A stretch of DNA of 64,000 nucleotides from an uncultured cyanobacterium. GTDB lineage: Bacteria; Cyanobacteriota; Cyanobacteriia; Cyanobacteriales; Nostocaceae. The notes under the pieces were generated by a model. That model worked only from the letters and a program-made list of their open reading frames with translations. It was not told the origin of the DNA and did not search any database. Made by a program: the position numbers and the translations under genes. The DNA lies in NCBI GenBank assembly GCA_903848645.1, contig CAINGU010000059.1:55038-119037 (forward strand), written 5' to 3'. This document shows, one piece after another, positions 48,188 through 58,776 of the stretch (its first letter is position 1; every line of letters begins with the position of its first letter).

Positions 48188-49849
48188 TCACGTCAATCGT
48201 TCAAAAGCAGGACAGTATCCGTCAAGGGTAACTTTGAAATTATATAAGGGGGCAGCGGCGTTCCAACACCGTTGTCCCCTTTGATGTCGGCAGCTACCGC
48301 AGCAGTCAACATCATTAGCATGAGAACGAAGGTTATTTGGGTTTAATAGTTCTCGTGGGGATAACCCCCGTAATACCAAGTCTTCACCCTGCCAACGCGC
48401 TTCGATTAAACCTGTATCAGCAAATTGTCGCCACCGGGGATCTGCTCTTACCGTATCGGGGAGAGTAATAGTAATCACAGTTCCCAACTCCGTCAACTCC
48501 CCTTCATAATTAGTTTCTGGGGCAGCAGGTTGTAAAAATGTTTCCCCAATCGGTAATTCTACTAAAGTTCCTGCGGCTGGTGAATGGACATGATAGCGGT
48601 TTTGTAACTCTTCTAAACAAGTTAAGTCCGCCAGATAACTCGGAGAGCCATGTATAAAAATCACGTGTTGGGGGCGTAAATTATGAATTAGCTGGGTTGT
48701 TCCTGGCCCATCACTATGTTGCGCTAACAGATAACTTTCAAATTTAGTCGGTGCTAAATATTCTTGATTACCTGGAATATCAATTTTTTCAGGTAAAAGA
48801 ATTAACCAATTGCCTGTATTGAGTTGGCAGTATTTACGTAAATCTGCCGTGGAGTCCGTGAGAACAATACAAGGAGATGTGCCTAAAGTTGCCAGATTTT
48901 CCGGCTTTAATCTGCGGACACGAGGTTTTACCCGTTCATCCCAAAATAAAGGTTGATGACGAGCAAAATTCTGAACTGAAGCCGGAAGATGGGGTAAAAG
49001 TTCTAAATAGGCATCGCAACCAGCGGCCACAGCACCATCTACCCAAATATCTAAATCTCTACCTGTAAAGTGGTGATGGGAACGTAACAACATGAGTAAT
49101 TCTTGACCTAAACCTAAAGCCGGAGTTGGTAGAATTACTGAATAGCTCTCATCTGTCCCACTGGCACTAATCGCGCGATGAATCCTTTCTGCTAGTTGAT
49201 TTTCTTGATTGCGACGATGGGTATGGCGGGATGTCCCATAACTACCTTCAATTAATAGCACGTCTAAATTTAAACCTCGCAGTTCATCCAGTCGTAACCC
49301 TTCTACTAAACGGGAGTTGGATAGGAAAAAATCACCAGTATAAAGTAATTTATAATCGCGGTTGGGGGTGTGGTAAGTGAGGAGAATCGCCACCGCGCCG
49401 GGTAAATGACCTGCGGGAAATAATTCTACTATTAAATCTTCTTTAATTTCTATAGGCGATCGCAATGGTAAAGCCTGACAAAATGAGAGAATTCCTGGTA
49501 ATTCGTCATCTGGCCAATTTAGCGGTAATAACTTCGTCGTTACCTCACTAGCATATATAGGCAACAAGGGAAAAGCTTGATGCAGTGTTAATAAGCCTCT
49601 AGCATGATCTGGATGAGCATGACTAACCAAAACTAAATCCGCTGGCATAGGTAATGTCCCAGGTTGTCCCGATTTAGTCAAGTTCTGCGTTACAGGCAAA
49701 ATATTTGTCAAGCCGAAATCTAACAGAATCCGGTGTGGACCCATCCTGACCAGTAGACAGACACCTTCATCTTGATGCTGAACACTATAGGGAAAGCATT
49801 CTAACTCATTAGTTGTTTCGACCGCATCAATTGATATATTATTCATCAT
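48188..49849 (-). CDS. MBL-fold metallohydrolase (beta-CASP-like)
   Basis: SHAHPDH, AGHLPG, YTGDF and QHSDG motifs. Confidence 0.9.
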   Translation of the reverse strand: MMNNISIDAVETTNELECFPYSVQHQDEGVCLLVRMGPHRILLDFGLTNILPVTQNLTKSGQPGTLPMPADLVLVSHAHPDHARGLLTLHQAFPLLPIYASEVTTKLLPLNWPDDELPGILSFCQALPLRSPIEIKEDLIVELFPAGHLPGAVAILLTYHTPNRDYKLLYTGDFFLSNSRLVEGLRLDELRGLNLDVLLIEGSYGTSRHTHRRNQENQLAERIHRAISASGTDESYSVILPTPALGLGQELLMLLRSHHHFTGRDLDIWVDGAVAAGCDAYLELLPHLPASVQNFARHQPLFWDERVKPRVRRLKPENLATLGTSPCIVLTDSTADLRKYCQLNTGNWLILLPEKIDIPGNQEYLAPTKFESYLLAQHSDGPGTTQLIHNLRPQHVIFIHGSPSYLADLTCLEELQNRYHVHSPAAGTLVELPIGETFLQPAAPETNYEGELTELGTVITITLPDTVRADPRWRQFADTGLIEARWQGEDLVLRGLSPRELLNPNNLRSHANDVDCCGSCRHQRGQRCWNAAAPLYNFKVTLDGYCPAFERLT

Positions 49850-49950
49850 TTATTCCTCCCCTTAATCAAACTATTGGCTGAGAAAGTTGGCTTTTAGCAA
49901 TATTCCTCAGCAAAGTTCAAAAAAGTGGGAAACCGAAGTTGTCACTCTTG

Positions 49951-50073
49951 TTAATGTGCAGAACCATTACCATGATAATTATCGGAATCATAAAAGCCGT
50001 TTTTCGTACCAAAGAATAAGCACGAAACCGTAAATATAACAGTTAAACCCACTAAAATTAGTTTGATATCCAT
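49951..50073 (-). CDS. ndhP: NDH-1 complex subunit NdhP
   Basis: Not in the ORF track (40 aa). Manual translation MDIKLILVGLTVIFTVSCLFFGTKNGFYDSDNYHGNGSAH carries the NdhP tail (FFGTxNGFYD..YHGNGSAH). Confidence 0.93.
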   Translation of the reverse strand: MDIKLILVGLTVIFTVSCLFFGTKNGFYDSDNYHGNGSAH

Positions 50074-50140
50074 TGATTTTATCCCCTTAACTTCGGACTT
50101 TTTTATCTTAATATCGGGTTTTTGCATTTGGGCAAAATCA

Positions 50141-50237
50141 CTAGTACCGCAGCGCGGAATTAAAAATTAAAAAAGCAGCTTGTATCAGCTTTTCAGGGAT
50201 TTTTAATGGTTGCTTGATTTACGCCATTGTGTACTAG
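50141..50237. mobile_element. MITE-like element with CTAGTAC...GTACTAG termini, copy 2
   Basis: Inverted homolog of 9182-9292, sharing GGCGTAA, AAAAGCTGAT and TTCCGC.CTGCGGTACTAG. Confidence 0.7.
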
Positions 50238-50290
50238 GAATCTTGACCATGCTTGGGTTATTTATAATAATAGCACGTTTAACCCCAGCA

Positions 50291-50854
50291 TTACAGGGCA
50301 ATATCCTCTCCACGTTCAGTAAAGCGGACATCTTTAATTTTCCACTGAGAATTACTAATTAATGTTTTGCGGACACTACTAAACAACGCAAACTGTTCAC
50401 AACTAGAAAGAGAAGATACTTGTCTTTTTGAATCTGGTGAGATGCGAAGATCAACAATAGCAACACCATTTTTCACATTGACACGATAGCCAGATACACT
50501 AAAATCTGCTGTGTTTTGTTCTTTGAATATTTTACCTATGGCCTCATTCATGGGTTCTTTAGTGGAAACATCAGCTTTTTTGGCGATTAGCTCTTGACAT
50601 TGGGCATCACTTGTGTATAGCGTGACGTTGGTAGTTTTCCCAGAGATAGCTTTAGTATTAGAATTATCGGTATATGGTTCAACTACGGGGGGTGAAGACT
50701 TTTGTAATTTTCTTTGGAGACTGGGGTTAATCTTGCTATTTGGTGTTGTTTCTGGAGTTGGGTTATCAGCGATATTGTTACTATTACAACTGCTAATAAC
50801 AGTGGAAAATGCTACTAAGAGTAAGAATAAAATATATCGTTTGTAATTATACAT
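50291..50854 (-). CDS. Lipoprotein with a GerMN-like domain
   Basis: Lipobox ISSC; VAIVDL, LSSCEQ and VRFT motifs. Confidence 0.8.
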   Translation of the reverse strand: MYNYKRYILFLLLVAFSTVISSCNSNNIADNPTPETTPNSKINPSLQRKLQKSSPPVVEPYTDNSNTKAISGKTTNVTLYTSDAQCQELIAKKADVSTKEPMNEAIGKIFKEQNTADFSVSGYRVNVKNGVAIVDLRISPDSKRQVSSLSSCEQFALFSSVRKTLISNSQWKIKDVRFTERGEDIAL

Positions 50855-51137
50855 ATAGCAATCCTAGTTATGCGTCAATTCTTCTCCATAATTCTAACTT
50901 TGATTTTGGGGAAAGAGTTATTCAGACACCCATGACAAACCAAAAGGATTGAGAACAGATAATTAAAAGTTAAAAATTAAGAATAATTTTCAATTAATTA
51001 ATTTGGGGTACAAGCCTCCACTGATGGCAATTTTTAATTATTAATTAATAATTTTTAATTGGAGCGAAGCGACTTAACACTCTGTGTAGCTCGCTTCACT
51101 TATTTTCCTTTACTACCCCTACTTATTGAGCCGATAC

Positions 51138-51578
51138 CTAATTTTCTAACTTACATTCCCCAGCTTTTTTTTGCATTGTTTTAAAAATATTGTAAAATCC
51201 ATTAGCGCGGGAAGGTGTCAAGCTCACATTTAAGCCGGTTTCTTGAATAAAATCAGGTGTAAGTTGGACTATTTCTGTAGGTGTTGATCCGTTTAATCCT
51301 TCTATCAATAATGCTAATAATCCCTTAGTTAATTGGGAATCAGAATCACCATGAAACATCACTTTACCGTCTTCTAATGATGCTGTAACATATACCTGAG
51401 AAACACAACCTGGAACTTTATTTTCTGGAAGTTTACCAGATTCAGGAAACTCTTTCAGCTTTTGAGCATACCATATTAACTGCTCATAGCGTCTTTTCGG
51501 TTCTGTAGCCCGTTGAAACCGTTGAACAATTTTATTCAGTGCAGGTGGTAAGGAATCAAGAGTTGAGGACATGATCAA
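51138..51578 (-). CDS. sufE: Fe-S cluster assembly sulfur acceptor SufE
   Basis: NKVPGCVSQV, DSDSQLTKGL and LTPSRANG motifs. Confidence 0.95.
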   Translation of the reverse strand: MIMSSTLDSLPPALNKIVQRFQRATEPKRRYEQLIWYAQKLKEFPESGKLPENKVPGCVSQVYVTASLEDGKVMFHGDSDSQLTKGLLALLIEGLNGSTPTEIVQLTPDFIQETGLNVSLTPSRANGFYNIFKTMQKKAGECKLEN

Positions 51579-51799
51579 TTCAGAAAATAATTACTTCTAT
51601 CTTAGCAATTACTAGCCCTTCCAGAAACCATGAGTATAATAGCAAACATCACAAATGGCTATTCGATACAGTATTTGTTTCTATTGTGAATTGAAAACAA
51701 CTGTTAAAATTTGCGACAAAGTAAGCAATGATAGAGATTTTTCTTAGTGAATATTTAGATTATATTGTCAAGCATTGCAAAATATCAGGAGTAAATTAG

Positions 51800-52060
51800 A
51801 TGTTGACTTCAACCTTATTGGCTACAGCTACCGCATCTCTAGAATGGAGTCCTAATATTGGCATAATTATGATTGTTGCTAATATCTTTGCTATTGCTGT
51901 TGGTAAATTTACTATTCAGCATCCTCACGCTCAACCAGAATTGCCAGCGCCTCAATTTTTCGGTGGTTTTGGTTTACCTGCGGTACTAGGAACTGCTTCT
52001 TTTGGGCATATTTTAGGAGCAGGGATTATTTTAGGACTGCATAGCATCGGTAAAATCTAG
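51800..52060 (+). CDS. psaK: Photosystem I subunit PsaK
   Basis: Two TM segments; FGLPAVLGTASFGHILGAGIILGL. Confidence 0.93.
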   Translation: MLTSTLLATATASLEWSPNIGIIMIVANIFAIAVGKFTIQHPHAQPELPAPQFFGGFGLPAVLGTASFGHILGAGIILGLHSIGKI

Positions 52061-52431
52061 ATTTTGCTCACGCTTTTGCATTGGGAGAGGAATATATTTT
52101 TCTTCTCCCTGTTGTTGCGCTTACTTGTTGGATGCTAGATTATAAAAGAGCTTAACATCGTAATTACACAATAGCATAAAAAAGAAATATGTCAATAATC
52201 AGTGAACGAAAAAACTAAAACTCAGTAAATTCTTGAGAATATGCTGAATTATCTTGAGAATAGCCTGTTTTTACTGACAAAAGCCTGATTTTGATCAAAT
52301 CCATATTTGAAAAACTTATTTACCACCAGGATAAAGATTGATTACTTATCTAAGCAGCCAGGAATCTGTTATGCTACAGAAATATACTTTGCGTAAGCAC
52401 TAGTTCCAGGTTGAATCATTAATTATTAAAA

Positions 52432-53775
52432 ATGCCATCTAAAATTACACTCACCATCACACAGGGTAAACTGTCTGGAAAACAATATATTTTTGAATCT
52501 CGCAGCACTTGTATTGTTGGCAGAAACGATGATTGCAATTTGCAAATAGCGGATAATGTTGATATGACTATTTCCCGCTATCACTGCTTACTTGATATTA
52601 ATCCTCCAGATATTCGTGTGCGAGATTTAGGAAGTTTAAATGGTACTTTTGTTAACGGCAAAAAAATCGGACAAAGACAAAGGCAACAACCAGCAAAAGA
52701 AGCTGTAAAATTAAGTTTTCCCGAATATAATTTACAAGATGGTGATGAAATTCATCTGGGTGAAATTCATTTTAAAATTGGTGTAGAAGTAGAAGCCCAA
52801 TTAAATAAAACCCCAGATGTAGTTCTACAAGAAGAAAAGATTAAACCCGATTTTGTAACCATTGCCAAGAAACTCCTAGATTTAGCTCAAAGTGGTAATA
52901 CCATTCTTCAAGGTATATCCGACTATAATTTAATTAAATCATTAGGTAAAGGTGGTTTTGGAGAAGTATTTTTAGCCCGGCATATTCAAACCAAAAAAGG
53001 TGTTGCTCTTAAGATTATGATCCCTGCGGTTACTAATCAACAACAGGGAATAGAAAAGTTTCTCAGAGAAACAGAAAATATCAAGGTTTTACAACATCCG
53101 AATATTGTCCAATTATTAGATTATGGCTTTGCGGAAAATACTTTCTTTTTTACCATGGAATATTTTTCAGGAGGTAATGTTTGGGATTTAATGCAAAAAT
53201 CTGGATGGCGTTTACCTGTTGATATTGCTGTAGATATAACTTTGCAAGTTCTTGAAGGTTTGATATATGCCCATGAAATCGAAATTCCTGATAGGAAATT
53301 AGCTGACGGAACACTGACTAAAGGTAAGGGTTTAGTTCATAGAGATTTAAAACCAAATAACATTTTTATCAGTAAAATTAACGATAAAATAGCGGTAAAA
53401 ATAGGAGATTATGGTTTATCTAAAGCATTTGACTTAGCGGGTTTAAGTGGACAAACTTTAACAGGGACAAAGATGGGAACACCTGCATTTATGCCCCGTC
53501 AGCAGGTACTAGATTTTAAACATGAATTACCAGAAATTGATGTATGGGCAACAGCAGCTTGTTTATATAATATGTTAACGGGGTATTTCCCCCGTGATTT
53601 TGCAGGTGATCCTTGGTTATCAGTTTTGCAAAATAATCCTGTTCCTATTCTTCAACGTTATGATAGTATTCCTCCAAAGTTAGCAAAAGTGATAGATTTA
53701 GCGTTGAAGGAAAAACCACAGATTCATTTTCAAACAGCAGCAGAATTTAAACAAGCGTTGTTAGAATGTAAGTAA
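52432..53775 (+). CDS. FHA-domain Ser/Thr protein kinase
   Basis: FHA motifs VGR, SRYHC and SLNGT; kinase motifs GKGGFG, ALK, HRDLKPNN, DYG and GTPAFM. Confidence 0.94.
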   Translation: MPSKITLTITQGKLSGKQYIFESRSTCIVGRNDDCNLQIADNVDMTISRYHCLLDINPPDIRVRDLGSLNGTFVNGKKIGQRQRQQPAKEAVKLSFPEYNLQDGDEIHLGEIHFKIGVEVEAQLNKTPDVVLQEEKIKPDFVTIAKKLLDLAQSGNTILQGISDYNLIKSLGKGGFGEVFLARHIQTKKGVALKIMIPAVTNQQQGIEKFLRETENIKVLQHPNIVQLLDYGFAENTFFFTMEYFSGGNVWDLMQKSGWRLPVDIAVDITLQVLEGLIYAHEIEIPDRKLADGTLTKGKGLVHRDLKPNNIFISKINDKIAVKIGDYGLSKAFDLAGLSGQTLTGTKMGTPAFMPRQQVLDFKHELPEIDVWATAACLYNMLTGYFPRDFAGDPWLSVLQNNPVPILQRYDSIPPKLAKVIDLALKEKPQIHFQTAAEFKQALLECK

Positions 53776-53846
53776 GGTAAGCAATGCTAATCTCGTTATC
53801 AGTCAAAAAGAAATAATGATTTAGTGCAATATCAAATAAAAAAGTT

Positions 53847-54341
53847 ATGAGTGGATTACCAACAATAGAAAAATTGCCACCTCAATTGATTACACCAGAA
53901 AATTTTCAACCCTATGGACAGGTGATATACGCTAGTAGAGATGGAAAGAATTTTGATCAAGAAGATGCAAAGTTAAATTTACAAAATGGTATTCCCCGTT
54001 TTTATATTATGCGGTTGCCGGAAAAAGGACGGAAATTTCACCAAATTACTCGTCATGTTAAATGTACTCAATGTTTAGGTTCTTTGGATGGTAAAGACTG
54101 GTTAATGGCAGTTTGTCCACCTAATAATGATATTAATGCACCTGTATTATCAGAAATTGCAGCTTTTCGGATTCCGGGAAATTGTTTTATTAAATTAGAT
54201 GTAGGAACTTGGCACGCAGGACCATATTTTGATCATGATTTTGTAGATTTTTATAATCTAGAATTGAGTGATACCAATGTGGTAGATCATTTCACCCATA
54301 ATTATCTCAAAAGTCATAATTTAACCTTTGAGATAATTTAA
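53847..54341 (+). CDS. Ureidoglycolate lyase (AllA)-like cupin protein
   Basis: FQPYGQVI, ITRH..CTQCL and GTWHAGP motifs. Confidence 0.8.
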   Translation: MSGLPTIEKLPPQLITPENFQPYGQVIYASRDGKNFDQEDAKLNLQNGIPRFYIMRLPEKGRKFHQITRHVKCTQCLGSLDGKDWLMAVCPPNNDINAPVLSEIAAFRIPGNCFIKLDVGTWHAGPYFDHDFVDFYNLELSDTNVVDHFTHNYLKSHNLTFEII

Positions 54342-54347
54342 ATAGCC

Positions 54348-54788
54348 CTAATTGACAAGGATAGACATTTCCCCAGCCATCATGATCCATGAAGTCTGAA
54401 TAATTTTTTTTAGGGAAGTTTCCCTGACTAATTCAGCCGCTTGGTGAACCTCCAACCATTTTCTCTCTCTTGCGGTAGCTTCTGGCCAATCTTCTAATAT
54501 TGTTTCTACAGGTAATAAAAATAAATTTACTTGATAGATATTCCCCCGTTTTCGATATTTATAATTACCCAATTCTTCAGTGATGACTCTACCTAAAACT
54601 CCTGCTTCTTCCCATGCTTCCTTCGCTGCTGAATCATGGGGACTCATGCCTTTACAAAGTCCCCCTTTAGGAATTACCCAACCTTGACGTTTACGAGTAG
54701 TAATTAATAAAACTTCAACTTTTCCTTCGTTTATCCGATAGGGGATCACTCCAGATTGTTGGCAAACTTTGTTGGTTTTTCGAGTCAT
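54348..54788 (-). CDS. NUDIX hydrolase (Dipp-like)
   Basis: Nudix box GGL..GMSPHDSAAKEAWEEAG; WVIPKG; WPE motifs. Confidence 0.93.
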   Translation of the reverse strand: MTRKTNKVCQQSGVIPYRINEGKVEVLLITTRKRQGWVIPKGGLCKGMSPHDSAAKEAWEEAGVLGRVITEELGNYKYRKRGNIYQVNLFLLPVETILEDWPEATARERKWLEVHQAAELVRETSLKKIIQTSWIMMAGEMSILVN

Positions 54789-55027
54789 GATGGTAGATTC
54801 CTTTGCAATGAATATTTTTGATCTTCAATGTGTATTTGATGGTGAGGTGATACTAAAACAACCTTCAGGATAATTAACCTGATTTTTGGCAATCTTTACC
54901 ATAAATTCATGAACTTTTCCCAAAAATCCGGAGTATGGTTTGCATCATGCTACTTACTTCTGTCACCTCATCAGCCAAAATACGTTAAAATTCAAGCAGA
55001 GTAAGCATTTTTCACGTAAACATACCC

Positions 55028-55768
55028 ATGCTAGAAATGCTAGAAACCCAAATTTACGAACTTGAACAACTTGCTAACACCCTTGTTGAGAACCAACTCA
55101 CCCACCTGAGTTTCCTCAGTATTGCCATTATTTTTGCGGCTGGCTTGCTGACCAGCCTCACGCCCTGTATGCTGTCTATGCTGCCCATTACCATTGGCTA
55201 TATTGGCGGTTATGAAGCTAAAACTCGCTTACAAGCCGCAGCCCAATCAACTTGGTTTGCGTTGGGATTAGCAACTACATTGGCAGGGATGGGAATCGTA
55301 GCAGGTTTGGTTGGTAAAGTCTATGGACAGATAGGAATTGGTTTACCAATTATTGTGAGTATTATCGCTATTATTATGGGACTGAATTTATTAGAAGCAT
55401 TACCCATACAATTTCCTTCTTTAAATGAAACAAATTGGATTTCTCAAGATTTACCTCCCGGACTGCGTTCCTACTCTATTGGGTTAACATTTGGTTTAGT
55501 TGCTTCCCCTTGTAGCACACCAGTTTTAGCTAGTTTATTAGGTTGGGTTGCTAATACTCAAGATTTAGTTTTAGGTGCTGTTTTACTACTTGCTTACACA
55601 GCCGGATATGTAACTCCATTAATCTTAGCAGGTACATTTACTGCGGCCATTAAAAAACTATTAGAATTGCGCCGTTGGTCTGGTTGGATAAATCCTATTA
55701 GCGGTACATTATTAGTAGGCTTTGGCGTTTTTTCCTTACTTTCTCGCATTCATATTGGCAGTTTATAA
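55028..55768 (+). CDS. ccdA: Cytochrome c biogenesis thiol-disulfide transporter CcdA
   Basis: TSLTPCMLSMLP and ASPCSTP Cys motifs, 6 TM segments. Confidence 0.94.
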   Translation: MLEMLETQIYELEQLANTLVENQLTHLSFLSIAIIFAAGLLTSLTPCMLSMLPITIGYIGGYEAKTRLQAAAQSTWFALGLATTLAGMGIVAGLVGKVYGQIGIGLPIIVSIIAIIMGLNLLEALPIQFPSLNETNWISQDLPPGLRSYSIGLTFGLVASPCSTPVLASLLGWVANTQDLVLGAVLLLAYTAGYVTPLILAGTFTAAIKKLLELRRWSGWINPISGTLLVGFGVFSLLSRIHIGSL

Positions 55769-55771
55769 ACA

Positions 55772-57151
55772 ATGACTTTAGACAATACAACATCCACGGA
55801 ATTAAGTTGGTGGTTAATACCTGGGCGATTTATTCGCCGGGAAATTTTGCCTATATTAACTGATTTACGTTTGGCAATTATCCTCTTATTAGTAATTGCT
55901 CTATTTAGTGTAAGTGGTACGGTAATTGAACAGGGACAGTTACCTGCATTTTACCAATCTAACTATCCAGAACATCCCGCTTTATTTGGTTTCCTGAGTT
56001 GGAAAGTCATTCAAGTAGTTGGCTTAGATCATGTATATCGAACTTGGTGGTTTTTGAGTTTATTAGTTCTCTTTGGAACGAGTTTAACAGCTTGCACCTT
56101 TACCCGTCAATTACCAGCCCTGAAAACTGCTCAAAAGTGGAAATATTACGAAGAAACCCGCAACTTTAATAAATTAGCTTTGAGTGCTGAATTAGAGGGC
56201 GTTTCTTTGCTATCAGTTACGCCAATATTACAACAAAAAAGCTATAGAATTTTCCAAGAAAAAGATGATATTCTTTATGCGCGTAAAGGTATAATTGGTA
56301 AATTGGGACCCATCATTGTTCACATTGGTATAGTCGCCATTTTATTAGGCGGAATTTGGGGAGCAATGACGGGATTTATGGCTCAAGAAATGATTTCTAG
56401 TGGCGATACATTCCAAGTCAAAAATATTGTTGATGCTGGGGCTTGGTCTTCTCAGAATGTATTGAAAGATTGGTCAGTGCGTGTCAATCGCTTTTGGATT
56501 GATTACACCCCAACTGGAGGAATTGACCAGTTTTATTCAGATATGTCTGTGTTGAATAATGAGGGCAAAGAAGTTAATCATGAGAAGATTTATGTTAACA
56601 AACCGCTGCGTTATCATGGTGTAGTTTTCTATCAAACAGATTGGGGAATTTCTAGTGTTCGGGTGAGATTAAATAAAAGTCCAATTTTCCAATTACCAAT
56701 GGCACAATTAGACACCAAAGGTAAAGGCAGACTTTGGGGAACTTGGATACCCACAAAACCAGATTTAAGTGAAGGTGTTTCCCTATTAGCAAAAGATTTG
56801 CAAGGCATGGTATTAATTTACGATGGTAAAGGTAAATTAATTAATACTGTGCGTGCAGGAATGTCTATCCCTGTGAATGGGGTAAATTTGCAAATTCTTG
56901 ATGTTATTGGTAGCACTGGTTTACAAATCAAATTTGATCCGGGTATTCCCATTGTTTATATTGGCTTTGCTTTATTGATGTTGGGTGTGGTAATGAGTTA
57001 TTTTTCCCATTCCCAAATTTGGGCTTTACAAAAAGGTGAAACTTTGTATATCGGGGGGAAAACTAACCGCGCTCAAGTTGCATTTGAACAAGAAGTTTTG
57101 GCAATTTTAGATCAACTTAGTTCTGTGAATAAAACAGAAAAAGGCGAATAG
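55772..57151 (+). CDS. ccsB: Cytochrome c biogenesis protein CcsB/Ccs1 (ResB family)
   Basis: [29 protein letters not shown] and DPGIP motifs. Confidence 0.95.
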   Translation: MTLDNTTSTELSWWLIPGRFIRREILPILTDLRLAIILLLVIALFSVSGTVIEQGQLPAFYQSNYPEHPALFGFLSWKVIQVVGLDHVYRTWWFLSLLVLFGTSLTACTFTRQLPALKTAQKWKYYEETRNFNKLALSAELEGVSLLSVTPILQQKSYRIFQEKDDILYARKGIIGKLGPIIVHIGIVAILLGGIWGAMTGFMAQEMISSGDTFQVKNIVDAGAWSSQNVLKDWSVRVNRFWIDYTPTGGIDQFYSDMSVLNNEGKEVNHEKIYVNKPLRYHGVVFYQTDWGISSVRVRLNKSPIFQLPMAQLDTKGKGRLWGTWIPTKPDLSEGVSLLAKDLQGMVLIYDGKGKLINTVRAGMSIPVNGVNLQILDVIGSTGLQIKFDPGIPIVYIGFALLMLGVVMSYFSHSQIWALQKGETLYIGGKTNRAQVAFEQEVLAILDQLSSVNKTEKGE

Positions 57152-57257
57152 AATTCGCTGCTACACAAACAAAGTCCACCTGCGTGGACTAATAAAAAAT
57201 CAAGGTTTTTAACCCACGAAGGTGGGTTTCGTCTGTATAGCCGCGATTTCTAATCGC
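57143..57257. repeat. Multi-stem structured dispersed repeat, copy 3 (overlaps the ccsB stop)
   Basis: Contains GTCCACCTGCGTGGAC and AACCCACGAAGGTGGGTT hairpins. The 5' end GGCGAATAG is the last two codons plus stop of ccsB. Confidence 0.85.
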
Positions 57258-57272
57258 TGGGAGAGAATTGTT

Positions 57273-57917
57273 CTAAGCTGCGGTGAGCATTTCTGACCGC
57301 ATTTGTGCAATTAATTGATGTAAATTACCTGTATTTAACCGATAACTTAAAGGGTGAACAATTAACCGGGCTGTACTTTCATACAAAGTGGCAATCTCAA
57401 CTAAACCATTTTCCTTTAAAGTCTTTCCCGTCGAAACTATATCAACAATTGCCTCGGACATTCCGGTAATTGGACCTAATTCCACAGAACCATATAAAGG
57501 GACAATTTCTATAGGTAAATCCAAACCTTGGAAATATTCTCGCGCACAATTTACATATTTAGAAGCAACCCGACCATGAGCCGGTAAATCCAAAGGAGAT
57601 TTGTAGGAACTGGTAGCTTTTACAGCCACAGACATCCGACAATATCCAAATTTTAAATCCACTAATTGGGCAACTTGAGGCTGTTTTTCTCTGAGAACAT
57701 CGTAACCCACAATTCCCAATTGTGCCTGACCATATTCTACATAAACAGGCACATCTTGCGCTCGAACTAATAGTGCTTTCGCTTGTCCACTAGCATCAGG
57801 AATTTGCAATTGGCGGTTTCCCGATTCCAAAAAAGCACTAAAATCTAATCCTACAGATTGTAAGACGCGGAGACTAGGTTTAAGTAGTTCACCTTTTGGT
57901 ATTGCAACAGTCAACAT
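57273..57917 (-). CDS. hisG: ATP phosphoribosyltransferase, short form
   Basis: AIPKG, VRAQDVP.YV, GSVELGP and DIVSTGKTL motifs. 214 aa, so HisZ-dependent. Confidence 0.97.
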   Translation of the reverse strand: MLTVAIPKGELLKPSLRVLQSVGLDFSAFLESGNRQLQIPDASGQAKALLVRAQDVPVYVEYGQAQLGIVGYDVLREKQPQVAQLVDLKFGYCRMSVAVKATSSYKSPLDLPAHGRVASKYVNCAREYFQGLDLPIEIVPLYGSVELGPITGMSEAIVDIVSTGKTLKENGLVEIATLYESTARLIVHPLSYRLNTGNLHQLIAQMRSEMLTAA

Positions 57918-57992
57918 TCTTTTTTTGGTATCCTTGATATGTTTGCGATTTACTATATTGAGAATATATCTATATTGGTCACTACCAACAGA

Positions 57993-58685
57993 ATGAAAAT
58001 TTTATTAGTTGATGATGAAGTTGAATTAACTGACCCTTTGAGTCGGCTGTTAACCCGTGAAGGTTACACGGTAGATGCTAGTTATGATGGAACAAGTGGC
58101 AGCAATTTGGTACAAATAGGCAGTTATGATTTACTGATTTTAGATTGGATGTTACCGGGAAAAACGGGTTTGGAGATATGTCAGGAATTACGCCGTCAAG
58201 GTAAAACAACTCCTGTGCTATTTCTGACGGCAAAAGATACCCTAGATGACCGAGTACAAGGTTTAGACGCTGGTGCTGATGATTATTTAGTCAAACCTTT
58301 TGAATTGCGGGAATTACTGGCAAGAGTCCGGGCTTTGTTGCGTCGTGCTGGTACAGAATCTTATCCTAGTACCACAGGAAAGTTAGTTGTAGCAGATTTA
58401 GAACTTGATCTAGAAAATCAAATAGCTTATCGTCACGGGAGAATGATTGAACTCTCACAAAAAGAAAGTCAGTTGTTACAATACTTCATGGAAAATACCG
58501 GACAATTACTGACTCATGCTCAAATTTTGCAGCATTTATGGCAAAATGAGGAACAACCTAGCAGTAATGTGATTGCGGCTTTAATTCGTCTGTTGCGTCG
58601 TAAGGTGGAAGTAGGGGGGGAAACGCCAATGATTCACACTGTTTATGGTAAAGGTTATCGTTTCGGATCTGCTTTATTTGAATAA
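57993..58685 (+). CDS. OmpR-family response regulator (RppA-like)
   Basis: [25 protein letters not shown] and a wHTH domain (TVYGKGY). ATG at 57993. Confidence 0.94.
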   Translation: MKILLVDDEVELTDPLSRLLTREGYTVDASYDGTSGSNLVQIGSYDLLILDWMLPGKTGLEICQELRRQGKTTPVLFLTAKDTLDDRVQGLDAGADDYLVKPFELRELLARVRALLRRAGTESYPSTTGKLVVADLELDLENQIAYRHGRMIELSQKESQLLQYFMENTGQLLTHAQILQHLWQNEEQPSSNVIAALIRLLRRKVEVGGETPMIHTVYGKGYRFGSALFE

Positions 58686-58776
58686 ATTAACTCTACTATT
58701 TTTCATCGTTTTAGTCCATTTATCAAGTCAATACAAATCTTAAATAAAATTCTTTGTTCAAGAGGAATAAAATAAT

